Notes: generated from the letters alone by a model not told the origin. A DNA stretch of 51,694 nt from Candidatus Firestoneibacteriota bacterium (GCA_903916325.1 CAIWWK010000045.1:1-51694), one strand, 5' to 3'. Positions 24,739-33,952 are shown, counted from the first letter of the stretch. Numbers and translations are program-made.

Positions 24739-25341
24739 ATGAAGAAATTGACGGTAATCTTTGCGGTGCTGTTGATGGTAACCGGGCTGGCTTTTGCGAA
24801 AAAAGCGAATGTAATGAATGTTGAGAAAGGTGAACTGCCAAATGATACGGGCGGCGGGATAACAATAAATCTTTCAGAAGAGACGGCTTTTTCCAAGGGC
24901 GGTGTCAGCCTCAAAGTCGAATCTGCGACCTATCCGACCGGAGATATGTTCTTCGGCGAATACCAGCCGAAAAAAGGAGTCTGGGACGGTTTTGATTATC
25001 TCAGATTTGAATATGTCAATCCCGGGAAAACTCCCATGGGGCTTATTCTTACCGTGAAACCTGAAGGCAGCGATTATACAAGCAGGTTTGATCAGCCGCT
25101 TATGTTTGCTCCAGGCAAGCACGCGATAGAAATAGAGCTTACCGGAGCCTGCTCCAATAACGGCGCCGCGATAGATTGGAAGAAGAAATTGAAGCAGTGG
25201 AATATAAACGGGAAACTTGCGGGGCCTCTTTATATAGGAAATATCCAGCTTCTTGGGGCGGATGACCTTGAGAAATTGAACGGCGGCGGGGATGACAAAC
25301 CGGCAAAAGCGGACAAGAAAACGGAAAAGAAAGCTGAGTAA
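24739..25341 (+). CDS. Secreted hypothetical protein, tandem paralog 3 of 3
   Basis: Same architecture. By eye it is the closest to paralog 1. Confidence 0.8.
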   Translation: MKKLTVIFAVLLMVTGLAFAKKANVMNVEKGELPNDTGGGITINLSEETAFSKGGVSLKVESATYPTGDMFFGEYQPKKGVWDGFDYLRFEYVNPGKTPMGLILTVKPEGSDYTSRFDQPLMFAPGKHAIEIELTGACSNNGAAIDWKKKLKQWNINGKLAGPLYIGNIQLLGADDLEKLNGGGDDKPAKADKKTEKKAE

Positions 25342-25361
25342 TTAGAATTTTTTTGAACTCA

Positions 25362-25390
25362 GGGCCGCGGTTCTCTGCGGCCCTTTTTTT
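25362..25390 (+). terminator. Rho-independent terminator after paralog 3
   Basis: Stem gggccgc / gcggccc with an 8-nt loop, followed by T7. Confidence 0.75.
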
Positions 25391-25477
25391 GTTTACGTTA
25401 TTCTGCTATGCCGTACGGAGTACGGCATGAAAGATATTTTTCCCTACAGAACAAGACGCACGGAGTGCGGCTTACAA

Positions 25478-25508
25478 ACGTTATAAACTTTAAGAACGTT
25501 AGGAACGT
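25478..25508. repeat. Nonamer word array (acgttataa actttaaga acgttagga acgtcc)
   Basis: Read directly. Same word family as 11219-11254. Confidence 0.75.
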
Positions 25509-25554
25509 CCGTATTTTCATTGTATTCGGCGCATTGTTATTGTATTATTTCCAT

Positions 25555-26187
25555 ATGAATCTCATGTTCAACATCGGCAGGTTAGCCAGTACAATATTTT
25601 ACAGGTCTTTCTTCCGTTTTTCCGTGACCGGGCTGGAAAATATCCCAAAGAAAGGCAGTCTGCTTATATTCTCAAACCACGCGAGCATGTTTGACCCTCC
25701 TGCCGTGGGCCTGTCAATCTGGTCCAGGCCTACCTGGTATATGGCCAGAGACACGCTTTTCAAGAACCCCTTTGCCGGCGCGCTCCTGCGTTCCATCCAC
25801 GCGATACCTTTAAACCGCGGGACCGGATTCCGCGGAGGCTATGAAAAGGTAAAAAATGTCTTGAACAATGGCGGGGCTGTGATTGCTTTCCCTGAAGGGA
25901 CGAGGAGCCCGGACGGGAAATTGCAAAAAGGAAAAGCCGGAGTCGGCATGCTGATGTATGAATCCCGCGCCGCCGTGATTCCATGCTATATCAAGGGAAG
26001 CGCCGATGCGCTTCCCAAAGGTAAGAAGATGCCTAAGTTATTTACGAAAATGAGTATTAACTTCGGGCCGGCAATAAATCTTTACGATATATATGCGATG
26101 CCGGACGAGAAGCAGACCTACCAGTTGTCAGTAGACAGGGTAATGGATAGAATCGCGGAAATAAAGCGTTCAGTGGAGGAGTTGTGA
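25555..26187 (+). CDS. plsC: 1-acyl-sn-glycerol-3-phosphate acyltransferase
   Basis: NHASMFDP (HX4D) and FPEGTRS motifs. The track start at 25408 runs through hairpins and word repeats, so I chose the ATG at 25555 (25564 is also possible). No SD is present, so a leaderless transcript is possible. Confidence 0.75.
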   Translation: MNLMFNIGRLASTIFYRSFFRFSVTGLENIPKKGSLLIFSNHASMFDPPAVGLSIWSRPTWYMARDTLFKNPFAGALLRSIHAIPLNRGTGFRGGYEKVKNVLNNGGAVIAFPEGTRSPDGKLQKGKAGVGMLMYESRAAVIPCYIKGSADALPKGKKMPKLFTKMSINFGPAINLYDIYAMPDEKQTYQLSVDRVMDRIAEIKRSVEEL

Positions 26188-27017
26188 GAGTAAGACTGTC
26201 AAAACATGCGGGGTTTTGTTTCGGCGTTAAAAGGGCGATAAATACCGCCTTGACAGCAAACAGCATATCCGGGAGCGTTTATACTTATGGCCCGATAATT
26301 CATAACCCGCAGGTTGTCAAAGATTTTGACGGGAAAGGAATAAAGGCCGTTGAAAACCTTAAGAAAGTAAAGAAAGGCAGTACTATAATAATAAGGACTC
26401 ACGGCGTCCCTCCGGAAGTTGAGAGGCAGTTCAAGTTGAAGAAACTCAGGATTATAGACGCTACTTGCCCTTTTGTCAAAAAACCGCAGGAATATATCAG
26501 GCAGTTATCCCGTGACGGCTATAAACCGGTAATAATAGGGGAGGCAGACCACCCGGAAGTCATAGGCATCAAAGGCTATGCAGGAAAGAACGCTGTTGTT
26601 GTTGGTACACCTGCGGAGGCGGAAAGAGTCCGTCCGGTTAAGAAAATGGGAGTCGTTGTTCAGACAACTCAGTCAAACGTCAATTACTCCGCAATTATGA
26701 AAGTGCTGAGCGGAAAATCAAGGGAATTCAGGATACTCAATACCATTTGCAACGCCACTCACGAGCGCCAGGATTCCGCCTTGAAGTTGGCCGGTGAAGT
26801 TGATATAATGATAGTTGTAGGCGGGAAAAACAGTGCGAATACAAAGCATTTGGCGGAAGTTTGCGAGTCAACAGGTGTAGAGACCAGGCACATAGAGGCC
26901 GCGTCTGAATTACAAACTGCCTGGTTCCGGGGCAAAAAAAAGGCCGGCGTTACGGCCGGAGCTTCCACGCCGGACTGGATAATCAAAGAAGTCGCGGAAA
27001 GAATTAAAAAACTCTAG
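26184..27017 (+). CDS. ispH: 4-hydroxy-3-methylbut-2-enyl diphosphate reductase
   Basis: The HAGFCFGVKRAI N-terminus, the three conserved Cys contexts (CPFV, ICNAT) and the GGKNSANT block. GTG start. Confidence 0.9.
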   Translation: MRVRLSKHAGFCFGVKRAINTALTANSISGSVYTYGPIIHNPQVVKDFDGKGIKAVENLKKVKKGSTIIIRTHGVPPEVERQFKLKKLRIIDATCPFVKKPQEYIRQLSRDGYKPVIIGEADHPEVIGIKGYAGKNAVVVGTPAEAERVRPVKKMGVVVQTTQSNVNYSAIMKVLSGKSREFRILNTICNATHERQDSALKLAGEVDIMIVVGGKNSANTKHLAEVCESTGVETRHIEAASELQTAWFRGKKKAGVTAGASTPDWIIKEVAERIKKL

Positions 27018-27074
27018 CCCTTCCTGATCCTGCCGCAAACCGCGCGCTGTACAACCGTTCAACGGAGAGTTTCC

Positions 27075-28754
27075 ATGTCAAACGAAGAGATTAACAATAA
27101 CGGCGGGACTGATGATAATTTAACCATGGGTGATATGTTGGCTTCATCCTTCGCCGAGCTTGAAGAAGGAAAGCAGGTCAAAGCGAAGATCCTCCAAATA
27201 GGCAAAGAGCACGTAATCGTAGATGTCGGCTATAAATCAGACGGTCTTATCCCCATTAAAGAATTTCTCCTGCCTGACGGAAGCATATCCGTTAAACCAG
27301 GTGATGTCGTGAACGTGGTTGTCGACAGGTTCAGGGACGGGAGCGGGACCGTAATCCTTTCAAAACTGCAGGCCGACAGGATCAACTACCTTTCAGTGCT
27401 CGAAAAAGCTTTCAGGGACCGTGAGGTCGTAGAAGGCAGAATAGTCCAGGAAGTTAAAGGCGGCTTCATGGCCGATATTGGAGCCGAAGCTTTTCTGCCG
27501 CAGTCCCAGTATCTTCCGGAAGAGAACACAGGGCCTGTCTCAAAAAAACTCCTTTTCAAGATTATTAAATTCGGGAGAAGCCGCGGAGAGATAGTGGTTT
27601 CTCATAAACTTGCGGTACAGGATAAAAGCCGCCGCATAAAGCAGGAGATATGGGCTGCACTTGCCGAAGGCGAGATCAGGAAGGGCGTTGTGAAGAGTAT
27701 TACCTCCTACGGGGCTTTTATAGATATAGGCGGTGTTACCGGACTCCTCCATATATCGGATATGTCCTGGGGCAAAGTTAACCATCCGGCTGAACTGCTC
27801 GCGCTCGACAGCGAGGTAGAAGTCAAGGTCGTGAGAATAGACCGCGAGAAGAACAGGGTCTCTTTCGGGTTAAAGCAATTGCAGGAAGATCCCTGGGCAA
27901 CCATTGAACAAAAATATCCGATCGGCTCCGAGATGCACGGCAGGATCGTTAACATAGTCGATTACGGGGCCTTCATCAAGCTGGAAGAAGGCATAGAAGG
28001 TCTCCTGCATATATCAGATCTTTCCTGGACCAGGAAAGTGAAGAATCCCTCGGAGCTGGTAGCCATCGGCGACAGCATCACCGTAAAAGTCCTCAACATA
28101 GACAAGAACAACAGGAAGATACTCTTCGGGCTCAAGCAGCTTGAGTCTGACCCTTTTGCCGGAGCGGAGGAGAAATTTATTCCCGGCGCGAAAGTAACCG
28201 GAATCGTGACCGGATACTCAGTTTCCTCTTTTTTTTTGGAACTTGAAGGCGGGGCTGAAGGTGTATTGCACAAAAAGGATATTTACTGGACAAAACGCAT
28301 AAATGAACTCAAGGGGCTTTTCCGGAAAGGGGAAAAACTTGAGGTCGTTGTTTTGGATCTTGATAAGGCTAACAGAAAGGTGCATCTCGGCATTAAACAG
28401 CTCACCGCCGATCCCTGGCTGGCCGAGATCCCGTCAAAATACGCCGTAGGCACTATAATTAACTGCAGGATAGTCAGGGTCGTGTCTTTCGGAGTCTTCG
28501 CGGAACTTGAACCCGGGCTGGACGGTTTTATTCATATCTCCGAACTCGCCGCTGAGCCGGTGGAGAGCGCCGAGTCGGCCGTAAAACCGGGAGAGGAGAA
28601 GCGCGTAAAGGTCATAAAACTTGACCTTGAAGGCAGAAAGATAAGCCTAAGCGTAAAGGATGCGCTCTTTGAAGCGGATAAACACGAACTGAAAAAGTAT
28701 CAGGATGAAGCCGGCGGCAGGTCAACGTTTGGCGACATATTAAAAAAACCTTAA
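27075..28754 (+). CDS. rpsA: 30S ribosomal protein S1
   Basis: Six S1 OB-fold repeats (G.V..I..YGAF..L..GI.GLLHISD). Conserved ispH-rpsA adjacency. Confidence 0.9.
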   Translation: MSNEEINNNGGTDDNLTMGDMLASSFAELEEGKQVKAKILQIGKEHVIVDVGYKSDGLIPIKEFLLPDGSISVKPGDVVNVVVDRFRDGSGTVILSKLQADRINYLSVLEKAFRDREVVEGRIVQEVKGGFMADIGAEAFLPQSQYLPEENTGPVSKKLLFKIIKFGRSRGEIVVSHKLAVQDKSRRIKQEIWAALAEGEIRKGVVKSITSYGAFIDIGGVTGLLHISDMSWGKVNHPAELLALDSEVEVKVVRIDREKNRVSFGLKQLQEDPWATIEQKYPIGSEMHGRIVNIVDYGAFIKLEEGIEGLLHISDLSWTRKVKNPSELVAIGDSITVKVLNIDKNNRKILFGLKQLESDPFAGAEEKFIPGAKVTGIVTGYSVSSFFLELEGGAEGVLHKKDIYWTKRINELKGLFRKGEKLEVVVLDLDKANRKVHLGIKQLTADPWLAEIPSKYAVGTIINCRIVRVVSFGVFAELEPGLDGFIHISELAAEPVESAESAVKPGEEKRVKVIKLDLEGRKISLSVKDALFEADKHELKKYQDEAGGRSTFGDILKKP

Positions 28755-28774
28755 GGCGGTAGCCGGAGGCATAA

Positions 28775-29758
28775 ATGGAAAAGAGCAGGAAACTGATAAT
28801 AAGGGCCGCTTTGGTTTTTGTCTGTTTATTAGCCCTGTTTTTTTCGCTCAGGACGCTGATTGGCGGATCCGGCGACAGCCAGACGATAAGCTCGCATAAA
28901 CTTACCGGGAATTTCTCAGGCAACAAGCTCGCGCTGGTCACAATATCCGGTCCGATCTTCTATTCGGCGAAGATAATTGATATCCTCGAGAAATATGGAA
29001 AGGACCAGAACATCAAGGCGATAGTGCTGCGCATTGATTCGCCCGGAGGCGGGGTTTCTGCCTGCCAGGAGATAGTCGCGGAGCTGAAGAAGGTAAAGAA
29101 GAAAGACGGCTATAACAAAAAAGTCGTTGTTTCTTTCGGGACGCTCGCCGCGTCAGGAGGCTATTATATCGGCTGCTACGGCGACAGGATATTTTCAAAC
29201 CCGGGAACGCTGACGGGAAGCATCGGCGTTATCATGGAAAACTTGAACCTCGAAGAACTGTTGAACAAGGTTGGGGTTAAAGAAGAGGTTATAAAGAGCG
29301 GAAAGTTCAAGGACACCGGTTCCTCGATGCGCAAGATGACCACTGAGGAAAGGCAGCTGCTGCAGGGCGTGATAGACGATGTTTACGCCCAGTTTGTGGA
29401 TGCCGTAGCCGAGGGAAGGGGCGCTGTTTTCACGGCTAGAATAAAAAAAACGGGTAATACGGCGTCTAAGGACGCCGTAACTAAGGAACAGATAGTTGCG
29501 GAAATCAAAAAGCACGCCGACGGCAGGATCTTTTCCGGCAGCCAGGCGCTTCAGTATGGCTTTGTCGATGAATTAGGTACGCAGGAAGACGCTGTTAACT
29601 GGGCCGCAAAGGCCTGCGGGATTAGCGGGGAGCCGGTGGTTATAACGCCGCGGAAGGAAATGTCCTTTTTGGAAAAGGTCTTCGGCGATAATTCTGCTGA
29701 AGAACGTTTCCGCGGCATCTTCCACGGGAACGGTTTGAGCTACATGTACGGTAAATGA
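28775..29758 (+). CDS. sppA: Signal peptide peptidase SppA, 36K type (S49 family)
   Basis: IDSPGGGV, AASGGYYI and GSIGV blocks, with an N-terminal membrane anchor. Confidence 0.85.
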   Translation: MEKSRKLIIRAALVFVCLLALFFSLRTLIGGSGDSQTISSHKLTGNFSGNKLALVTISGPIFYSAKIIDILEKYGKDQNIKAIVLRIDSPGGGVSACQEIVAELKKVKKKDGYNKKVVVSFGTLAASGGYYIGCYGDRIFSNPGTLTGSIGVIMENLNLEELLNKVGVKEEVIKSGKFKDTGSSMRKMTTEERQLLQGVIDDVYAQFVDAVAEGRGAVFTARIKKTGNTASKDAVTKEQIVAEIKKHADGRIFSGSQALQYGFVDELGTQEDAVNWAAKACGISGEPVVITPRKEMSFLEKVFGDNSAEERFRGIFHGNGLSYMYGK

Positions 29759-29759
29759 C

Positions 29760-29990
29760 ATGCCGCTATTCGAATTCAATTGCGGGAAATGCGGCGCTGA
29801 TTTTGAGGACCTTATCTTCGGGAACTCACTTGGAAAGGTAAGGTGCCCGGCCTGCGGCGCGTCCAAAGCAAAGAAAAAAATGTCGGTCTTTGGTTTTAAG
29901 TCCGGAACAGTATTCTCGGGTTCCTCCGGCCACTCCTGCGATTGCGGGGGCTCCTGTAAAAAGAAACATTGTTCTACATGCGGGCATTGA
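29760..29990 (+). CDS. FmdB-family zinc-ribbon protein with a Cys-rich C-terminal tail
   Basis: MPLFEFNCGKCGADFE...VRCPACG is the FmdB-type double CxxC. The tail reads HSCDCGGSCKKKHCSTCGH. Confidence 0.75.
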   Translation: MPLFEFNCGKCGADFEDLIFGNSLGKVRCPACGASKAKKKMSVFGFKSGTVFSGSSGHSCDCGGSCKKKHCSTCGH

Positions 29991-30000
29991 CGGGGGTTGC

Positions 30001-32781
30001 TTGAAAAAAAAGATTCTACTATTCCTCGCGGTCTTCCTGCTTGCGCTGCCTGTTCTCGCCTTTTCTTTCGGAAAAAACAAAGTCGTCTATAGAAAGCTGG
30101 AATGGCAGGTTCTGGAAACAAATGACTTTCTCGTCTATTATACCGAAGGTTCGGAATCTCCGGCAAGAGAAGCGGCGCTTATAGCTGAAGGCGCCTATGC
30201 CAGGCTCTCCAAAAGATTTAAGGTCATTCCCGAAGAAAAGATAAAACTATTCGTTTACCGCAACAGGATAGATTTTGAACAGACTAACATAACCGGAGAC
30301 ATAATAACCGAAGGCGTCGGCGGGTTTACCGAGCCGCTTAAGGACAGAGTGGTGCTCCCTGTTTTCACGAATCGCGATTATTTTGCTCATGTGATAGAGC
30401 ACGAGCTGACTCACAGGTTCCAGTTTGAGATCCTTTACGGCGGGTTCGGCAAGTCCTACAAACTTGCCAGGTCGGTGCTGCTGCCGCAGTGGTTCATGGA
30501 GGGAATGGCTGACCACGAACCCTTCGACGAGGACCGGGCAATGACGGATATGCTGCTCCGCGATGCTGTTATCAACAATATGGCGCACTCCCTGGATATG
30601 TTGGGAGGTTTTTCCTATTCCGACGGCAGGAATGTCGTGGAGATGTACAAGGAATCGAAGTCGTTCTTTGACTTTATCGCCGAGAAGCACGGAGAAGACA
30701 AGATAGGCGCCATAATGCGCGAGTTTTACCTGATATCCATGACCTGCGACCAGGCGCTTTATAACGCGACCGGCGTTACCCAGGACGAGTTGAATTCCGA
30801 ATGGCAATACTGGCTTAAAGAAAAGTACTGGGCTCAGGCGGTTGGCAGAAAACGCGCGGGTGACTTCGCTTCAGCCGTGACAGCTGACACAAAACAGATG
30901 CAGGTGCACAATACAGGCGCGGTATTCTCCCGGGATGGGAAGAAACTTTATTATGTTTCCGACAGGAATAATTACCAAAGCATCAGATGCCGTGAACTTA
31001 AGACCCGCGCGGATTATGAATTCATAGGCTATGATTTTGACAGTATCGCCGGCTCCGGCGGAGGCCTTGCCGTATCGCCGGACGGGAAGTACCTGGCGTT
31101 TTCCGGAAAAATAGCCGGCAGGCAGATGCTCCGCATATACTCATCCGTTGACAGAAAAATAGCCTATGCTTTTGACTGCGGGCTTGACGCGGTATATTCA
31201 CCTGTTTTTTCCGGTAACAAATTAATATTCGCGGGTGAAGTAAAGGGCACTTCAGACCTTTATTCTTCCAGGATAGACGGGGGCGGGTTGGAGCAGCTGA
31301 CTGATGACCGCTACGATGACGCTGATCCGGTCCCGCTTGACGGCGGCGATTCCGTCGTTTATGTCTCAAGAAGGGGCGGCAAAAGGGCGCTTGTCAGGCT
31401 CTCCGGGCTGCTGACAGGAAAGAAGTCGGAAAAGGTGCTGACACCTGCATCTTTCGACACGATAAATCCATGCGTTTTACCGGGAGGGAAGTTCCTCTGT
31501 TCAAGCGACATGAACGGTATCTTTGACCTTTATATATTTAACCCTGAGGACGGATCTTTCTTGCAGGTTACCTCGGTTTCCGGCGGTTGTTTCTCGCCTG
31601 ATTATTCTGCGGTTTCAAAGAGCGTTGTATTCTCGTGTTATGAGCAGGGTTGTTACAATATTTATCAGATGAAATACCCGGAAGAGAACCTGCTAACCGG
31701 TGTTACTCCGCCGGAATTAGAGACAACCACTGAAGATCTTCCTGAAGTGAAGTTTGGCAATCTTTTATCCAGGAAGTACGAACCCGCGGTCACCCCTGAC
31801 GTGCTCTTTTTCCTTCTGGGCTATGATTCTTCAGCCGGGCTCATGGGCGGCGGTATCGCGCAGGCAAGCGACCTGCTAGGGGAGAACAGTATCAGTATCT
31901 ACGGAATGGAGATCAGAGGCCTGCAGACCGGCATAACCGTTGCATATCAGAATACCGCAGGGATTCCCGGCTTCGGACTTATATTCTCCTCTTGGCGCAA
32001 TTTTTACGGAGAGACAGGATCAGACGGCAATCCGGCGAGCTACTGGATAGAAGAGACGGCGCTGACCTTACCTCTATATTTTCCCGTGGACAGGTTCAGG
32101 CGGCTGGAATTCTTCATAAGCGCCGGCATGGAGACAAAAAGCTATTTTGACGGGGTGCCCGGCGCTCAGTATGGCAGGCCTGTCAACTCTATCGGCGTAG
32201 CTTGGACCGAGGACCGTCTTTCCTACAATGTCACCGAGCCCTGCGCAGGAAGCGCCTTTGCCGCCCAGCTTATTCACGGGGACTATATTTTTGGCGGCGC
32301 GAAAAGATACACGGAACTTGACCTTGAAAGAAGGGACTATATTTGCGTTAATAGAGAGACAATACTTGCAAACAGGCTGTTTGCGGGTGTATCCGCAGAC
32401 ACGGAAAGGGGAGATTTTGGACTGGGCGGTATGCTGACCCTCAGGGGATATCCGAACAATGATATGCTCGGCAATAATATTTTTCTCTGGAATATTGAAG
32501 CCAGGATAACGCTGATAGATAACATTGATTACGGGTTTGCGCCGTCCAACTGGCTGCTGCTGAAAAAGATCGCGCTCGGGGTATTTTCTGATACCGGCGC
32601 CGCCTGGGACGGGCATGGATTATTCCCGTTAGACAGTATAAAAAACAGCGTCGGATTCGGATTACGCGTCCACGTCTTTCCTCTCATGAGCATGCCTGTT
32701 GTGCTCCGGCTGGATTTCGGCAGAAGGACGGACAGGGACTCGCAGGGAATATTTTATATAGGTATCGGGCACCTGTTTTAG
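30001..32781 (+). CDS. Large outer-membrane protein with signal peptide, HExxH peptidase-MA-like domain, PD40/TolB-like repeats and an Omp85 (bacterial surface antigen)-like barrel
   Basis: The TTG at 30001 is preceded by ggggg and encodes LKKKILLFLAVFLLALPVLA. Also present are HVIEHELTHRF plus WFMEGMADHE, repeated SPDGK../FS.DG..LYYVSDR beta-propeller-like segments, and a C-terminus ..LRGYP..GFGLRV..FYIGIGHLF ending in Phe. The track start at 29890 overlaps the FmdB gene. Confidence 0.7.
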   Translation: MKKKILLFLAVFLLALPVLAFSFGKNKVVYRKLEWQVLETNDFLVYYTEGSESPAREAALIAEGAYARLSKRFKVIPEEKIKLFVYRNRIDFEQTNITGDIITEGVGGFTEPLKDRVVLPVFTNRDYFAHVIEHELTHRFQFEILYGGFGKSYKLARSVLLPQWFMEGMADHEPFDEDRAMTDMLLRDAVINNMAHSLDMLGGFSYSDGRNVVEMYKESKSFFDFIAEKHGEDKIGAIMREFYLISMTCDQALYNATGVTQDELNSEWQYWLKEKYWAQAVGRKRAGDFASAVTADTKQMQVHNTGAVFSRDGKKLYYVSDRNNYQSIRCRELKTRADYEFIGYDFDSIAGSGGGLAVSPDGKYLAFSGKIAGRQMLRIYSSVDRKIAYAFDCGLDAVYSPVFSGNKLIFAGEVKGTSDLYSSRIDGGGLEQLTDDRYDDADPVPLDGGDSVVYVSRRGGKRALVRLSGLLTGKKSEKVLTPASFDTINPCVLPGGKFLCSSDMNGIFDLYIFNPEDGSFLQVTSVSGGCFSPDYSAVSKSVVFSCYEQGCYNIYQMKYPEENLLTGVTPPELETTTEDLPEVKFGNLLSRKYEPAVTPDVLFFLLGYDSSAGLMGGGIAQASDLLGENSISIYGMEIRGLQTGITVAYQNTAGIPGFGLIFSSWRNFYGETGSDGNPASYWIEETALTLPLYFPVDRFRRLEFFISAGMETKSYFDGVPGAQYGRPVNSIGVAWTEDRLSYNVTEPCAGSAFAAQLIHGDYIFGGAKRYTELDLERRDYICVNRETILANRLFAGVSADTERGDFGLGGMLTLRGYPNNDMLGNNIFLWNIEARITLIDNIDYGFAPSNWLLLKKIALGVFSDTGAAWDGHGLFPLDSIKNSVGFGLRVHVFPLMSMPVVLRLDFGRRTDRDSQGIFYIGIGHLF

Positions 32782-32820
32782 GTAAAGTAGAAGCCTGATA
32801 CCCTGAGCATAGGGGGCAAG

Positions 32821-33402
32821 TTGAGCGGAAGGATAGGATTGTTTGGCGGAACTTTTAATCCCGTGCACATAGGCCACCTCGTTGTGGCCCAGGATATACT
32901 GAACAAGCTTAAGCTTGAGAAAATGTACTTCATCCCTTGCGGCACTCCTCCGCACAAAGTTGGGAGCGATATGCTTGAAGCAAGGCACAGGCAGGCGATG
33001 GTGAAGCTGGCTATCAAAGACAATCCCGGCTTCACGCTCTCGGATGTGGAACTCAAGAGAAAGGGCAAATCCTATTCCATAGATACCGTGCGTTATTTTA
33101 AAGAGAAATATCCGGAATCCAGGATATTCTTTATCATCGGCGCCGACATCCTTCCGGCGCTTCATACCTGGAAGGATATAGACATTTTGATAAATGAATG
33201 CGAGTTTGTCGTTATGACTCGTCCGGAACACGACACCATCGAGAAGAAAGTCCGGAATGTCGGGCATTTCCTGAATGTGAGGGATGTCGAAGTGTCTTCT
33301 ACGGAGATAAGGAATCTGATACGGGCCGGCAAGAGTATTCATTATATGGTGCCAAGAGAAGTGGAGAAATATATTGCTGATGAAAAACTCTATAAACACT
33401 GA
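32821..33402 (+). CDS. nadD: Nicotinate-nucleotide adenylyltransferase
   Basis: GLFGGTFNPVHIGH (HxGH) and ISSTEIR-like (VSSTEIR) motifs. TTG start. Confidence 0.9.
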   Translation: MSGRIGLFGGTFNPVHIGHLVVAQDILNKLKLEKMYFIPCGTPPHKVGSDMLEARHRQAMVKLAIKDNPGFTLSDVELKRKGKSYSIDTVRYFKEKYPESRIFFIIGADILPALHTWKDIDILINECEFVVMTRPEHDTIEKKVRNVGHFLNVRDVEVSSTEIRNLIRAGKSIHYMVPREVEKYIADEKLYKH

Positions 33403-33952
33403 GATAAAGGCGTTCCTGAAAAGGTCTCTGCCTAAAGAAAAATACCTTCATGTCCTGCGCGTTTCAAAAACGGCTGCCGGCCTTGCAAGGCGGCACCATC
33501 TGCCGGAAAAGAAAGCCAGGCTGGCAGGGCTGCTTCATGATGCGGGGAAGAACATGAAAGCCCCGGAAGTGAAGCCTCTTCTCAGCCATATCCGGTACAC
33601 CGCTGAAGAAAGGAAAATACCCGCGCTCTGGCACGCGAAAGCGGGGGAAGAGGTTGCGAGGCGGGTCTTCAAAGTTAAAGACCGCTCAGTTCTTCATGCC
33701 ATAGGGAACCATGTTACAGGCAGTTCTTTGATGGACGGCTTGAGCAAGGTGGTATTCCTGGCAGACAAGATCGAGCCCGGCCGTTCTTATAGAGGAGTCA
33801 AGGAATTGCGGGCTCTGTCTCAGAAGGACCTTGATGCCGCGATGGTTCTGGCCCTGGCAAACAATTTTACCTATGTGGGGCGCAAAGGGAAAAAGCTTCA
33901 TCCCCTGTCGGTAAAAGTGCTGGAATCATTTGTAAAAAAATGCTCAAGTTGA
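33374..33952 (+). CDS. yqeK: HD-domain protein YqeK (bis(5'-nucleosyl)-tetraphosphatase type)
   Basis: H..RV...A..LA and LLHDAGK HD motifs, with conserved nadD-yqeK order. The start is TTG 33374 or ATG 33380. Confidence 0.8.
   Translation: MLMKNSINTEIKAFLKRSLPKEKYLHVLRVSKTAAGLARRHHLPEKKARLAGLLHDAGKNMKAPEVKPLLSHIRYTAEERKIPALWHAKAGEEVARRVFKVKDRSVLHAIGNHVTGSSLMDGLSKVVFLADKIEPGRSYRGVKELRALSQKDLDAAMVLALANNFTYVGRKGKKLHPLSVKVLESFVKKCSS

Noticed and set aside
25408-25554. N-terminal 49 codons of the track ORF for plsC
   Set aside because: The region consists of two perfect hairpins and the ACGTTA nonamer array. The acyltransferase homology starts after the Met at 25555.
29890-30000. Upstream extension of the large OMP ORF overlapping the FmdB gene
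   Set aside because: The extension has no signal-peptide character and overlaps a well-supported zinc-ribbon gene in another frame. The TTG at 30001 immediately precedes a classical signal peptide.
32662-33399. 245-aa minus-strand ORF antisense to nadD. Similar long antisense ORFs occur at 29573-30166, 30247-30807, 36720-37262, 38527-39129, 45653-46189, 50810-51415, 10569-11099 and 8206-8703.
   Set aside because: All lie opposite genes with clear family motifs. They lack SDs and have the skewed composition of shadow frames.
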